From positions 8,921-72,920 of the forward strand of contig JBJXFH010000068.1 in the NCBI GenBank assembly GCA_046155365.1: a DNA stretch of 64,000 nucleotides. Reading direction: 5' to 3'. The notes under the pieces are model-generated. The model was not told where the DNA came from. It made no database searches and saw only the letters and a list, made by a program, of their open reading frames with translations. Both the position numbers and the translations under genes were made by a program. Within the stretch, counting starts at the first letter, position 1. Each line of letters begins with the position of its first letter. Origin of the DNA: Acidimicrobiales bacterium (GTDB lineage: Bacteria > Actinomycetota > Acidimicrobiia > Acidimicrobiales > CAIXPF01). Below are positions 1 to 11,278 of the stretch, in pieces.

Positions 1-1074
1 CGCACCGCCTTTCGTTGGGCGAGCGACCGGGACGAGATCGCCACCGCAACGGCGATCGCCGCGCACACTGCGGTGGTGGGCTACTGCCTGCAACGTCTGG
101 AGGCGGTCGGATGGGCCGAGGAGCTCTTGCCGGCGGCCACCACCGGCGATGTGCGCCAACTCCCCCGTCTCTACAGCGCGGCGGGACTCTGCGTGTTCAC
201 AGGGCACCTCGAAGCCGCTACCCGCTACGCCCAAACCGCAGTGGCATTGGAAACCGATACTCGATACGACCCGTTCCCGACCGGCTGGAGCAGCCTGTGG
301 GAACTTGCGGCTCTCCTCTACTCTGGTCAGATCGAGCGTTACCTCGAGATCGCTGCCACCATGACCACGCATGACGGCTTCCGTCACGGGGTCGGCCTGG
401 CCGCCACGCTCTACCTACTCCCGGCCATCGGACGCAGCGTGGAGGCCATGGCGATCGCAGAAGACGCCCTCACCGCCACCCGCAAGCACGGGAACCCCTT
501 CTGGATTGCGTTCGCGCTGCAGGGCTACGGGCGAGCATTCGCTGAAACGGATCCCCAACGAGCCCTGGCCGTTTTCCGTCAGGGACTGCTCTACACCGAA
601 GAACTCCAGATCCCGGACCGACACGACAGCATCGCCCGGGACGCCGCGCCGGTCGAGGCACTCCACGGGGACCTCCAGCGGGGTCTGTCCCTGTTCGACA
701 GCACCATCAACTCGCTGCATCGCACCGGCAACATCGCCAACCTCGCCACCATCCTGGCCCATCTCACCGTCGTCTTCGAGCGCATCGGGCAGCCCGACGT
801 GGCCGCCACCATCTACGGCAGCAGTACCAGCGCCGGTATCAACACGACGATCGTGGTCGACCTGACCGCCGTGGTGGATCGCCTTCGAGCAAAACTCGGT
901 GACACCGTCTTTCACGAGCGGGTCGCCACCGGGGCGGCCATGGGGCCCGCCGAAGCAGTGCTCTACGCCCGACAGCAGATTCAACTCGTCGCCCAGAACT
1001 CCAAACAGACGAATCACAGCCACACGGCGCCCCGCAACACCCCATCTCGCAAAGCGCCCCGACCCGCCCGGTAA
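1..1074 (+). CDS. C-terminal helical/TPR-like part of a cyclase-STAND ATPase family protein (5' end lies before the window)
   Basis: Frame is open from base 1 (RTAFRWA..AIAAHT..LQRLEAVGWAEELL..LPRLY..RYDPFPTGWS); the same motifs recur in the paralogs at 7368-8621 and 12652-13617. Confidence 0.8.
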   Translation, partial: RTAFRWASDRDEIATATAIAAHTAVVGYCLQRLEAVGWAEELLPAATTGDVRQLPRLYSAAGLCVFTGHLEAATRYAQTAVALETDTRYDPFPTGWSSLWELAALLYSGQIERYLEIAATMTTHDGFRHGVGLAATLYLLPAIGRSVEAMAIAEDALTATRKHGNPFWIAFALQGYGRAFAETDPQRALAVFRQGLLYTEELQIPDRHDSIARDAAPVEALHGDLQRGLSLFDSTINSLHRTGNIANLATILAHLTVVFERIGQPDVAATIYGSSTSAGINTTIVVDLTAVVDRLRAKLGDTVFHERVATGAAMGPAEAVLYARQQIQLVAQNSKQTNHSHTAPRNTPSRKAPRPAR

Positions 1075-1309
1075 ACGACGATGGACGGCTGCAGGAGGAG
1101 GAGAATAGTTACACACTTGCAAGTTACACTCCTCCACAAGAACGGGGTCCTTACCAAGCCCTTGCGCCCGGCCGTCGCGTCGAACAACGCCGAGTGCCGC
1201 TGCCGGCGACGCGCTGAGCCGTACTTCCCATCTGTTGCTTGACATTCGTTCCAGATTGGACGAGGGTGCTTGGAAAGGGGTCGGACGGGGTGCCGTTGTA
1301 AGAGCTTTC

Positions 1310-1708
1310 CTACTCCGCGACGTGATCGCCTTCAGTATCCAAAGCCCAGCCCCCCGACGAGTAGGCCGACACGATTGGTTGACCGCCGGCGGTGAGGGCG
1401 TAGCGGGTGTTGCTGTCCCCGGTGAGGTCTTGGGTGGCGCCGAGGAACGTGAAGCGGTCGGTGTTCACCCCAGCGGACAGATCCCGGGTGACGGCCCGGT
1501 CGGCGCCGTCGTAGGTGTAACGGACGGTGTTGTCTTCGGTGAGACGCCCGAACGTGTCATGCACCAACCCGCCGGTGGCCAGGTCACCTTTAGGGGTATA
1601 GGTCTGGGCGACACCATTGTTGCTGGTTTGGGGGTTACGGGCGTCGTAGGCGAACGTCTGGGCTCCGGCGGTGGTGCGGTTCCCGGCTTTGTCATAGGCG
1701 TAGGCCGA
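1310..1708 (-). pseudogene. RHS/YD-repeat core fragment
   Basis: In-frame translation upstream of the listed ORF gives YAYDKAGNRTT..FAYDARN..HDTFGRL..YTYDGADR (YD repeats); no credible start and no RHS core end. Confidence 0.75.
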
Positions 1709-1827
1709 GAGAGAAGACCCTCTCAGACTAGAAGTGACAACACAGCCGGGTCAGGTCCACTCCTGTCCCGAGCCTGCACGTGCGGGGGTGACGCCGCCAA
1801 GGTTGCTGCGCCCAGACCCGTCTGCGA

Positions 1828-2316
1828 TCAAGGCGCCGGAAGCGACTCGCTGAGCCTGGTGAGGCGCACCTCAACGAACCCGGTACCCATCGCTCCGTCC
1901 TCCGGTGCATCGGCCAACGACGGGTCATCCGACACGCTGAACACGACCGGCATGAGTAAGTCGCCGTCGCCGTAAACAACACGGCGAAGCACACCTGTGA
2001 TCGGATCCCGGTTCCGAAAGACCGGCAACGGCCAACGCTCAGCATCGAACTGGACGTCCGACCGGACCAAGGGCCATGCGCTGCGTCGGATAGCTGAGTC
2101 GCCGCACTTGCCAATCAATATCGCTTTAGCCGGCTCAAGGGAGGCTACAACATCGGCACTCGGCGGCTGAGCGAACGGTGCGAAGAAGTAGCCCAACAAC
2201 GCCTTACCCCCAGGATGGACGCTCACGATCCGACCTGCCCCCCAGCGCCCATCGCGCAATGGAACGCAGAACCAGTCACCAACCGTATATGGTAGGCGCC
2301 GAGCCATCAGCGTCAC
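1828..2316 (-). CDS. Imm26-like immunity protein
   Basis: N-terminal GDWFCVPLRDGRWGAGRI..LLGYFF pattern typical of Imm26; overlaps the toxin stop codon by 4 nt. Confidence 0.7.
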   Translation of the reverse strand: MTLMARRLPYTVGDWFCVPLRDGRWGAGRIVSVHPGGKALLGYFFAPFAQPPSADVVASLEPAKAILIGKCGDSAIRRSAWPLVRSDVQFDAERWPLPVFRNRDPITGVLRRVVYGDGDLLMPVVFSVSDDPSLADAPEDGAMGTGFVEVRLTRLSESLPAP

Positions 2317-3050
2317 CCCCCGTAGAGAAAGTTTGCCGCGGCGTCCTCGTAGTCGATGATTAGCGGGTTCTTCATTGATATCGGCCTGATCGCATTCAAT
2401 CCGCCGTTAGACGCCCACGACGTGGGGTTCTTATTGTACATGATCTGCTCCAAGCCACGTTGGGCGGCATAGTCGTCTACGCGATGGACCACGTTGAACT
2501 TGAGCTCGTCTCCGAACTCACGGAGATGTTCCGTCTCACGCCGTTCCAAGTGGTTCGTCCGCCCGGTTCTTACCGCGGTGCCGTCGGCGTCGGTGAGCGT
2601 GTAGACGCCGCCCTTGGCGAGGGTTGCTGCCTCAGCGACCCCTTCTGTGAGGTTGCTGAGAGCCGGGATGTTTTCGAGCCGGTTGGCGGCTTAAGCGGCG
2701 TTGACAACACCGCGAACTGCTCGTGCGGCGTCGAGGACGTTATCTGCCTTGCGGACAACTTGGGCGGCATCAGCTACGTTATAGCCGATGATGGCGGTGC
2801 AGTCGATGGCTGCACCACCTGGATTGAACGTGCCGGCGGAATGGGCGCAGAACGCGGCGTCGGCCGTCTGATCTGCGACCGGGTGGGCCAGGGTTGCCAC
2901 GCTGATTCCGAGCATCCCCACCGAGCCGTAGAGGCTCAGCTCTGCTTTGGTGATCTTGGTTATGTTGTGCCGTTGCGCTTCGATGTCACGGTGCGCGCCG
3001 CAGACGAACCCGACAAAGGTGTCGTTGTCTTCAGCTAGTCCAGCCAGGGC
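2313..3050 (-). pseudogene. Orphan polymorphic toxin C-terminal cassette with URI/GIY-YIG-like nuclease domain, interrupted by an in-frame TAA
   Basis: ORFs 2691-3122 and 2313-2549 share a frame separated by TAA at 2691-2693; read-through gives GGVYTLTDADGTAVRTGRTNHLERRETEH..RGLEQ..GGLN. The 5' boundary is approximate. Confidence 0.65.
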
Positions 3051-3111
3051 GGGAGTGCCGCAGATTCCGAGCTGGTTTGTGGTGAACTTCTCTAGTAGCA
3101 GGGGAAGTTTG

Positions 3112-3529
3112 ATGCCAGACAATTCCGCAATGGCTGAAGCCGTCTTCGAGTCCTGGGAGAAAGCGGGACTTCGCGGCGATCGTCGAGAACATGGTCGACG
3201 ATGTGGTGGTACATTCGCCCGGATAAGCGGAGCTAAAAGGCAAGGCTGCCGCGAAGGATTGGTATGCCTCTTGGGCTATCGCCTGCCCCGATGGAGTCGC
3301 GGGCGCCAAGTGCGTCGGAGCCATCAAGGACACTGCCGTTATGGAGGGTGTCCTCGTTGGTACGAACACCGGCGCCTTCGGGTCCTTCCCGCCTACGGGT
3401 CGTACCGTCTCGTTGCCTTGGACGAACGTGTACAGATTTGACTCCACTGGCAAGATCCTGAATGTCACCGCATATTTCGATCTGGTCACACTCCTGACTC
3501 AGCTCGGTCACATGGAGCCTCTCACGTAG
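3112..3529 (+). pseudogene. SnoaL-like/ester cyclase family pseudogene
   Basis: MPDNSAMAEAVFESWEK, frameshift near 3160, in-frame TAA at 3224-3226, then GTNTGAFGSFPPTGRTVSLPWTNVYRFD. Confidence 0.7.
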
Positions 3530-3610
3530 TGACCGTCATGTCATGGGTCAGTGAAGTGAAGCGGTGTCGTCGCTGCCCGGGATGTCGCTTTGATGGCCAA
3601 TTCAGCGGCG

Positions 3611-5543
3611 TCAAGAAGTGTGCGCGGCGTCGGGAAGGGGTCGCTGTCCGTGTGGTTGGTGTATTGGTCGATCGCGGTCTGGCTGCTCTGGGCGACAGAG
3701 ATGGCCGTTGGCTCGGAGGCAGTTCACCAGGGCGGCCGCGGTCTGAGCCTGGCCGGCGCGTGCGAGGGCGACGTACTGGAGCCCCACCGCAAGGCTGGTG
3801 GTGTATCGGCTCCGGGCGGCGGAAGCGACGGCATCTTGGCAGCAGCGCAACGCTTCCACGGGGTCGCTGTTGAAGGCGGTCACCTGGGCGAGGCTGTTGA
3901 GCCCGGCGTCAACGAGGAGGTGGTCGGGATGCACCGCGCCGGCGATGTCGATGGCCGCCTGGGCCGCTCGGCGCGACGCTGCCGGGTCGGCGCGGCGGAG
4001 GGCGAGGGCCTTGAGGTGGACTCCGTTGGCGACGCCGCTCTGGTACCCGGCGGCGGCTGAGAGCTCACACACCCGTTGCGTCAGTCTGACGGCTCCGTCG
4101 GTGTCGCTGCCGGCGGCGGCAGCGGACAACGCGCCTGCAATGGCGGCGAACACCGCAGCCCGGGCGTTCGTCCTGGGCGAATAGGCGAGCGCTTCGACGG
4201 CGCTGGCGGCTCTGGCCTGGTCGCCGTGGTGGATGAACGCCGCAATGGCGTGGAACCAGAACACCGGCTCGACCATTCCCGCTGCGGCCGCGGTTTCGAA
4301 TTGGGTGATCGCCGTACCCATGTCGCCGCTCGTCCACGCAGTCCACGCTTGCACGCCGCGGACCCGCCACAAGGTGAGCTCCTCGAGGTGGTCGGCAGCG
4401 ACGAGCACCTTCTCCGCCCAATCGCCGATCTCGAAACGCAATGAGTAGAACATAGACAAATGCGTCGCAGATCATGTCAGCGGCGCGTTGGTGCTGGCCT
4501 CCTTGTAGGTGGTGCAACACTGCGACGCGGGTGTTGTCCCAGTCGGCATCGAACGCAGCCCAGGCCTCGGTCTCACCCGGACCGAAGATCTGACGGTCAA
4601 GGTCGGCTACGTAACGGGCGAAGTAGTCGGCATGGTGGTCCCGTAGCTGGTCGGCCCCGCCCCGTTCGGCGAGCTGTTCGACCGCGAACTGGCGCAGGGT
4701 TTCCAGCAGCCGGAATCGGTCGTCGCTTCCCCTCACCCGCTGCACCATTGACTGGTCGACCAGGTTGGCCAGCGGATCGAGGACGTCGAGTTCGTCGACA
4801 ACATCCCCGTCGGCGCAGACTGCTTCCACCGCCGCGAGATCGAAGGTGCCAGCGAAGACGGCGAGCCGCTCGAACAACGCTGCCTCCGGTGCGCTGAGGA
4901 GCTCGTAAGACCATTGCACGGTGTCGCGGAGTGTGTGAGCCCGGCCGCCGTCACGGCCGCGGCGCAGCAGCCGGAATCGGTCGTCGAGGCGCGCCGCGAT
5001 CGCCCGAGGCGATAGCGCGCCAGTGCGGGCTGCGGCGAGCTCGATGGCGAGGGGCATACCGTCAAGACGATGACAGATCTCGATCACCGCGGATTCGGTG
5101 TCGTCATTGAGTTCGAAACGCGGATCCCGGTCCCGGGCTCGGTCGACAAAGAGCTCAACCGCCCCCCCGGTCCGATCCAGCGGCTCGACGGGATAAACGT
5201 GCTCACCCCGTACACCGAGCACGTGCCTACTGGTGGCCAGTACCACCAGCCCGTCCACCTCAATCAGTCTCCGAGCGAGGCCCCGCGCCGCGGCGATTAC
5301 GTGCTCGCAGTTGTCGAGAATCAACAATGCGCTGCGATGCTCCAAGAACCCAGCGATCGCGTTGTCGAGAGCCATCCCAGGCTGCTGCCGAGCGCCGATC
5401 GTGTCAGCGACCAGGCCCAAAACCGGATCGTCCGCAGCGATCGCAGCGAGATCACAGAACCAGATCCCATCCTCGAATGCACCGGCGACCTCCGTCGCAG
5501 CCTCGACCGCGAGCCTTGTCTTGCCGACCCCGCCCGGACCGAG
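3611..5543 (-). pseudogene. 3' part of IS630-interrupted cyclase-STAND ATPase-TPR gene (additional frameshift near 4455)
   Basis: GPGGVGKTRLA, LLILDNCEH, LATSR, RLDGMPLAIELAAAR, RFRLLETLRQFA; continues in ORF 3611-4459 after the frameshift. Confidence 0.85.
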
Positions 5544-6688
5544 TGTAGTGTCTCATTATTATCCGGTGATTGTGTTGAGGGCGACTCGGCCCCGCCGCAC
5601 CTTCTCGAGGATCGCCTCGGCTGTAGCGGTCCACTGGAACGGCTTAGGATTGTCGTTGTTCGCCTTGAGGTAATCCTCGATCGCAGCGATGAGCTCGGGT
5701 ACCGAACGGAACACACCTCGGCGGATCGTTTTCTCGGTGAGTTCACGGAACCACCGTTCGACCAGATTGAGCCATGAGCTTGAGGTCGGCGTGAAGTGAA
5801 AGTGGAAGCGGGGGTGTTTCGCCAGCCAGGCCTCGACGTTGGGGTGCTTGTGGGTGGCGTAGTTGTCCAAAATGAGGTGAACCTGTAAGCCCTTCGGTGT
5901 TTCCCGGTCAATGCGGCGTAGGAACTTGAGGAACTCATCGTTACGATGACGCGGCAAACACTGGCCGATAACCACCCCGGTGAGCACATTCAACGCAGCG
6001 AATAGCGTGGTAGTGCCGTTGCGTTTGTAGTCATGGGTCATCGTGGCCGCACGGCCCTTCTTCAACGGCAGCGACGCCTGGGTGCGGTCGAGCGCCTGGA
6101 TCTGGGACTTCTCGTCCATGCACAACACGATCGCCTTGTCCGGCGGGTTCAAATAGAGCCCGACCACATCCACGAGCTTCTCCTCGAACCGTTTATCGTT
6201 TGACAGCTTGAACGTCTTGACCCGATGCGGCTTCAGGCCACGCGCCGACCAGATCCGCTGCACCGTCGCCGGGCTCACCCCGCCAGCTTTGGCCATGGAC
6301 CGGCAACTCCAATGCGTCTCCCCCGCCGGCTTCGTCTCTTGGGTCAACCGGACGATCTCATCGATCTTCTCTGACGTGATAGCGGGCTTGCGTCCCCGGC
6401 CCGGTCGCACCTGCCCGAGCTTTGCTACTCCCTCCTCCGCGAAACGCTCCCGCCAGGCGACCACAGTGCTCGGCGAGACCTCCAACCGGGCGCCGATCGC
6501 AGTGCACGCCACCCCCTCAGCGGCGAGCAACAACGCTTTAGCCCGGGTCACCTCCCGATGCGCCGCCGTTGCGGACCTCGCCACACGCTCCAGTATCTCC
6601 CGCTGGCCGTCAGATATCTTCAGAGCAGGACTCGCAGCACGCATGTCCAGACACTACCACAATCACCAACTAATTGCGAGACACTACA
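5544..6688 (-). mobile_element. IS630-family insertion sequence
   Basis: Terminal inverted repeats TGTAGTGTCTC (5544-5554) and GAGACACTACA (6678-6688), flanked by a CGAG direct repeat (5540-5543, 6689-6692). Confidence 0.9.
5559..6644 (-). CDS. IS630-family transposase
   Basis: N-terminal HTH and DDE motifs CMDEKSQIQAL, HDYKRNGT, LILDNYATHK, FTPTSSSWLNLVERWF. Confidence 0.95.
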   Translation of the reverse strand: MRAASPALKISDGQREILERVARSATAAHREVTRAKALLLAAEGVACTAIGARLEVSPSTVVAWRERFAEEGVAKLGQVRPGRGRKPAITSEKIDEIVRLTQETKPAGETHWSCRSMAKAGGVSPATVQRIWSARGLKPHRVKTFKLSNDKRFEEKLVDVVGLYLNPPDKAIVLCMDEKSQIQALDRTQASLPLKKGRAATMTHDYKRNGTTTLFAALNVLTGVVIGQCLPRHRNDEFLKFLRRIDRETPKGLQVHLILDNYATHKHPNVEAWLAKHPRFHFHFTPTSSSWLNLVERWFRELTEKTIRRGVFRSVPELIAAIEDYLKANNDNPKPFQWTATAEAILEKVRRGRVALNTITG

Positions 6689-6692
6689 CGAG

Positions 6693-7328
6693 CAGCGTCA
6701 CCAGCCGGGCCCCGCCGAGCAGGGCAGCAACCTCCTTCAGCGCGTCTGCCCGACCGATAAAGCTCGAGACCGCCGCGCTCAGATTCGTCGGCGCCACCGA
6801 CCGGGACCGCAACGCAACCCCCTCCGCTCCGTCGCGCACCACATGAAGGCGCTCCGGGCCCACCCCTGGGAGAAGATGCAGGCCCGCATCACGCATCGCA
6901 ACACCGGGGCACAAGGCCGCAGTCGCCGCTGAACACACGATCTGGCCGCCGTTCCCGGCGTTCATGACCCTCGCCGCCCGGTTCAAGGTCGGACCAAAGT
7001 AGTCACCCTCAACTTCCGTGGCAGTCCCGCTGTGCAGACCCATGCGGACACGCAACACCATCCCCGACGGCCACGCTTCGCGCTCAAAGTCGGCCTGAGC
7101 GCCCATCGCCGCGGAAACCGCGTCAGGAGCAGCAGCGAACGCGGCGCACATCCCGTCCCCGGTGTGCTTGAACACACTCCCACCCCAGTGCGCGATCTGC
7201 CCCCGCAGAATCTCGTCGTGCCGGGCCAACACGCCCGCCATCAACGTCGCATCCGCCTCCCACAACACGCTCGACCCTTCGATGTCGGTGAACATGAACG
7301 TCACCGTTCCAGCAGGAAGCGCTACCAC
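6693..7328 (-). pseudogene. 5' part (class III adenylate/guanylate cyclase domain) of the IS630-interrupted gene
   Basis: GTVTFMFTDIEGS, FKHTGDG, RMGLHSG, DYFGPTLNRAAR; ends RLVTLL exactly at the IS. Confidence 0.88.
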
Positions 7329-7367
7329 ACCCCCCAGTCTCCCACGCCCGCCCCCTCATCCGGGGCG

Positions 7368-10008
7368 CTATGGCCGTGTCTCGTTTGCGAGTTCGCGGCC
7401 GACAAGTTGAATTTGCGTTCGGGCGTAGTGCACGACCTCGGAAAGCTCCATGGCCGCACCGGCGGCGACGGATTTGTCAAACAGGATCGGTCCTAGCTCA
7501 GCCTGTAGCCGGTCCTGGAGCGAGCCACGCGATGGTGATCTGAGTTGTGTGGCGGCACCGTGGAGGATGGCGGCGATTTCGGCGCGTTGGAGCCGATGGA
7601 ACGTTGAGGCGAGGCTGATCAGCGTGACTGGGAGTTCGACGAGGTTACCGGCCTGGTGCAGCGAGGCGATGGTGCTGTCGTAGAGGCGCAGGGACTGGTC
7701 GAGGTCACCGTGAATGGCTTCAAGGCGGGGAGCCAAGATCGCGAAGTTCGCCTCCCAGTACGCCAAGCGGTGTTCGATGGCGAACTCGAGGCCATGCCGG
7801 GACATGTGCAAAGCCCGCACTGGGTCCGTCAGTTCGTACGCCAGCGCGTGGTTCAGGAGCGCGGAGCCGACAAAGACCGGGTTGGCTTCGGCCCGAGCGG
7901 CAGCCAGGCTCTCCTCGGCGATGGCGGCTACCTCCTCGCGCCTGCCCAGCACCGCCAGTGTCTGGCCTTGCCCGCATCGGCCCCACACACCGGCGGGCCC
8001 GGGTTGCATGGATTGCTCGACGAAGATCGCCAACGCCCGCTCGGTCCGACCGGCGAAGAGGTGCCCGACGCCTTCCCAAAAGCGGCTCCACCCTTTCGGG
8101 AAGGGGTCGTAGCGAGGATCGGCCTCCAACGCGACCGCGGTTTCGTTGTAGACCACACCGTCGTCAGGACGGCCGCTGTACATGCAGAAGCTGGCCGCGA
8201 CGTAAAGCCGCGGAAGCTGCGCCACTTCTGCGGCGGCAGCGGCAAGGAGGAGCTCTTCGGCCCAACCGACCGGTTCGAAACGGAGCAACGGCCACCCCAA
8301 CATGGTCGCGTGCGGTGGCGAGATCGGATTGCTCGGCGGCCCAGCGGAACCCGGCGCGTAGGTTGGCGAACTCGAAATCGAACCAGTCCAGCGCGGCACG
8401 CTGATCGTGTCCGTCCCATACTTCCCACTGCCTGACCGCCTGGCGGGCGTAGTACCCAGCGTGACAATCGCGGACCCCCGCAATTGTCGCGGTGGCGGCG
8501 AGTTGGTCCTCGGCGAACTGGCGGATCGTCTCCAACATCCCGTAACGGGCGTGCGCCCCGGCTGAGTCCACGGTGATGAGGGATTTGCGGACCAAAGACT
8601 CCAATGCGTCCAACACGGCATAGCTGTCGAGATTGTCGTTGAGCGCTACGGCGCCGGCGAGGTCGAATCCGCCCGCGAACACCAACATCGCTGCAACACC
8701 GCACGTTCGGTGTCCTCAAGTAGGTCAAAGGACCAGCCCACCGCGTGTCGCAGTGTTTGATGACGTTCCAGACCCCGCCGAACACCAGCCAGTAACCGGA
8801 ACCGGTCGCCGAGACGGTCCCGGACATCTTGGGCGCTCATGGCAACCATTCGGGCGGCGGCCAACTCGATCGCCAACGCAATCCCATCCAGCCGGCCGCA
8901 GATCTCCATGACCGCCGCGGCGTCAGCCTCGCTGCGCATCCCAAACCCGGGGTTCACCGCCCGGGCGCGTTCCATGAACAACTCCACCGCTGCGGAATCG
9001 GCACCGTCGCTGACATCGAGCGACGGGACCGGCCACAACTGCTCCGCTTGAACTCGTAGCCCCTCCCGACTCGTTGCGAGCACCTGCACCGTGGACCCAC
9101 GAGCCAGGATCGCCTCCACCACATCGGCTGCCGCGTCCAAGACGTGTTCACAGTTGTCCAACACCAACAACACGCGGCGGCCCACAACGGCTTGCGCGAC
9201 ACTCGCCGTCACCGACATCCCCGCGTGAGGAGTCACCCCCAATGCCGTCGCCACCACATCGGGGACCGCCGCCGGGTCACCAACCGGGGCGAACTCCACC
9301 AGCCAGACCCCATCAGGGAACTCCCCTGTTAGCTCCGCTGCGACCTGCACCGCCAGACGCGTCTTGCCGACCCCCCCACGCCGGTCAAGGTCACCATCCG
9401 ATGAGCGCGGATCAGCTCACACAGTTTTCTCACCTCGATCTCACGGCCAACAAAGCTTGTCGACCGTACCGGCAGGTTCCCCGGCACCGCGTCCAGCGTC
9501 CAGCGTCCAGCGCAGGGAACTCCACCCGCAACCCCTCCGCGACCACCTGATAGAGGTGCTCCGCTCCGGAGAGGTCCCGCAGCCGACGCTCACCCAGATC
9601 AACCAACGCGTCACCAGACACCAACGCCGCGGTCGCTGCCGCCACCAGGATCTGCCCGCCATGGCCCGCCGCCATCACGCGGGCCGCACGATTCAGTGCC
9701 GGGCCAAAGTAATCTTCCCCCAGCAACTCCGCCGACCCCGTCCCGATCCCCATCCGTACCGGCAAACCCAACCGGCCCTGCGCATCAACCGCCGCCGCCA
9801 CCGCGTCCTCCGCCACCGAGAACGCGGCGCACACCCCATCGCCGGTGTGTTTGAACAACCAACCCCCATGCGCCTCAATCGCCGAGCGCAGCACCGCATC
9901 GTGGGCCCCGAGGGCCGCGCGCATCGCGTCGGGGTCGGCCTCCCAACGGCGCGTTGAACCCTGAATATCCGTGAACAAGAAGGTCACTGTCCCTGACGGA
10001 CGAAGCAC
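7368..10008 (-). pseudogene. Class III cyclase-STAND ATPase-TPR gene with multiple frameshifts
   Basis: Domains are spread over ORFs 9430-10137 (FTDIQGS, FKHTGDG), 8646-9350 (LDNCEH, LDGIALAIELAAAR), 8164-8688 (MLETIRQFA) and 7368-8621 (RFEPVGWAEELL). Confidence 0.85.
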
Positions 10009-10355
10009 GCACCGGACACTACGCCCTACCGAGGAGCGCACCACTCGCGAGGCGGGATGCAGGCGTTGAGATCGCGGTCGAGCGCGGCAAACAGCCCGGG
10101 GCGGCGCTCCAGTTCCGGCCCCTGCGTTTCCAGCCATCTGGCGCGCCTGGCCACGTTCACGTTGGCCTCGGGCAGTTTATTAAAGCGCCGGCACGCCGCA
10201 GCACGTCATCCTCAACATGACTTCTCTGCCGGACAAGATCCGTCGTAGCCGCCGTGCGTGGGGCACCCACATGCGGACGCGACCTTAGCGGTCAATATAG
10301 AGAGAGCGACCTGCGCTGGCTCATCGCCCTCCGACAGCGATGCTCCGAATCGGTG

Positions 10356-11106
10356 TCAGATTTTGGCGGCCAAACCGCCGTCGACATTCAGCACCTGGGC
10401 GGTGATGAAGCTCGACTCTTCGCTGGCTAGGAACAGCACCATGTTGGCGAGATCGCTCGACGTACCCGGGCGTACGATAACTTGCATCGGCGTGACGAGT
10501 TCGTGGAAGAAGTGCTTGCCGTCCGGCCCTGTCGCAGTCGGTGTCTCGATCTGACCGGGCCGGATGCAGTTGGCCCGGATACCCTCCTTTGCGCCCTCCT
10601 GGGCGAAATACCGGGTGAGCGCCTCAACTCCAGCCTTAGCCGCGTTGTAACCCGAATGCGGGTACCCGGCTGGGTCCGCGAGCGGGCCGGAGGGCAGGAC
10701 CATCGCAGCCCCGATCGTGGAATTGGTAACGATGCTCGACCCGCCCGCGCTGGAGAGCGCCTCCCAACATGCCTGTGTTACAAGCCACACGGAGGTGAGC
10801 GAAAGACGTAGCGTGGCTTCGAAGTTCGCCAACCGTTCCCGAGGGAATCGACCACCGCCTACGTGTCTCGATCATCTCCGTCACCGCCCGCTCATCGGTA
10901 ACATCGGCCCGCACGAATCGGCCTTCGCCGCCGTTCGCCTCCCCAGCGCGGCTGGCAGCATCGGCCACCTCACCGCCTTCCGCTGGCCGACGCGCAACTA
11001 CCGCGACCTTCGCCCCCTCGCGGGCCAGTGTCACCGTAGAGACAGCCCCGATTCCAGAACTGGCCCCGGTGACGATTGCGACCTAGCCCTCGAGGCGACC
11101 TGACAT
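10356..11106 (-). pseudogene. Short-chain dehydrogenase/reductase (SDR) pseudogene
   Basis: ATG 11106, TAG at codon 8, then VAIVTGASSGIG; frameshift/deletion near 10850; C-terminal YNAAK, IRANCIRPG, LNVDGG. Confidence 0.8.
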
Positions 11107-11278
11107 GCGCAGGACCCTAACTCACTAGTTCGATTCCAACGCCGCACCCGGGGAAGGCGGCGGCATCGACTCTCCCGAAGCGGCTACTTGTTCAACGCGC
11201 CGCTCCGCATCCTGGACCGGTAGGGCGTAGGGAGACGTCACCCGTGCCGAGGAGGGATGCAAACGGTAGTGTGCCAGC

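Noticed and set aside
2691-2693. Programmed read-through or recoding of in-frame stops (also 3224 and 11083)
   Set aside because: Stops are TAA/TAG within a region that also has frameshifts and truncations; decay is the simpler explanation.
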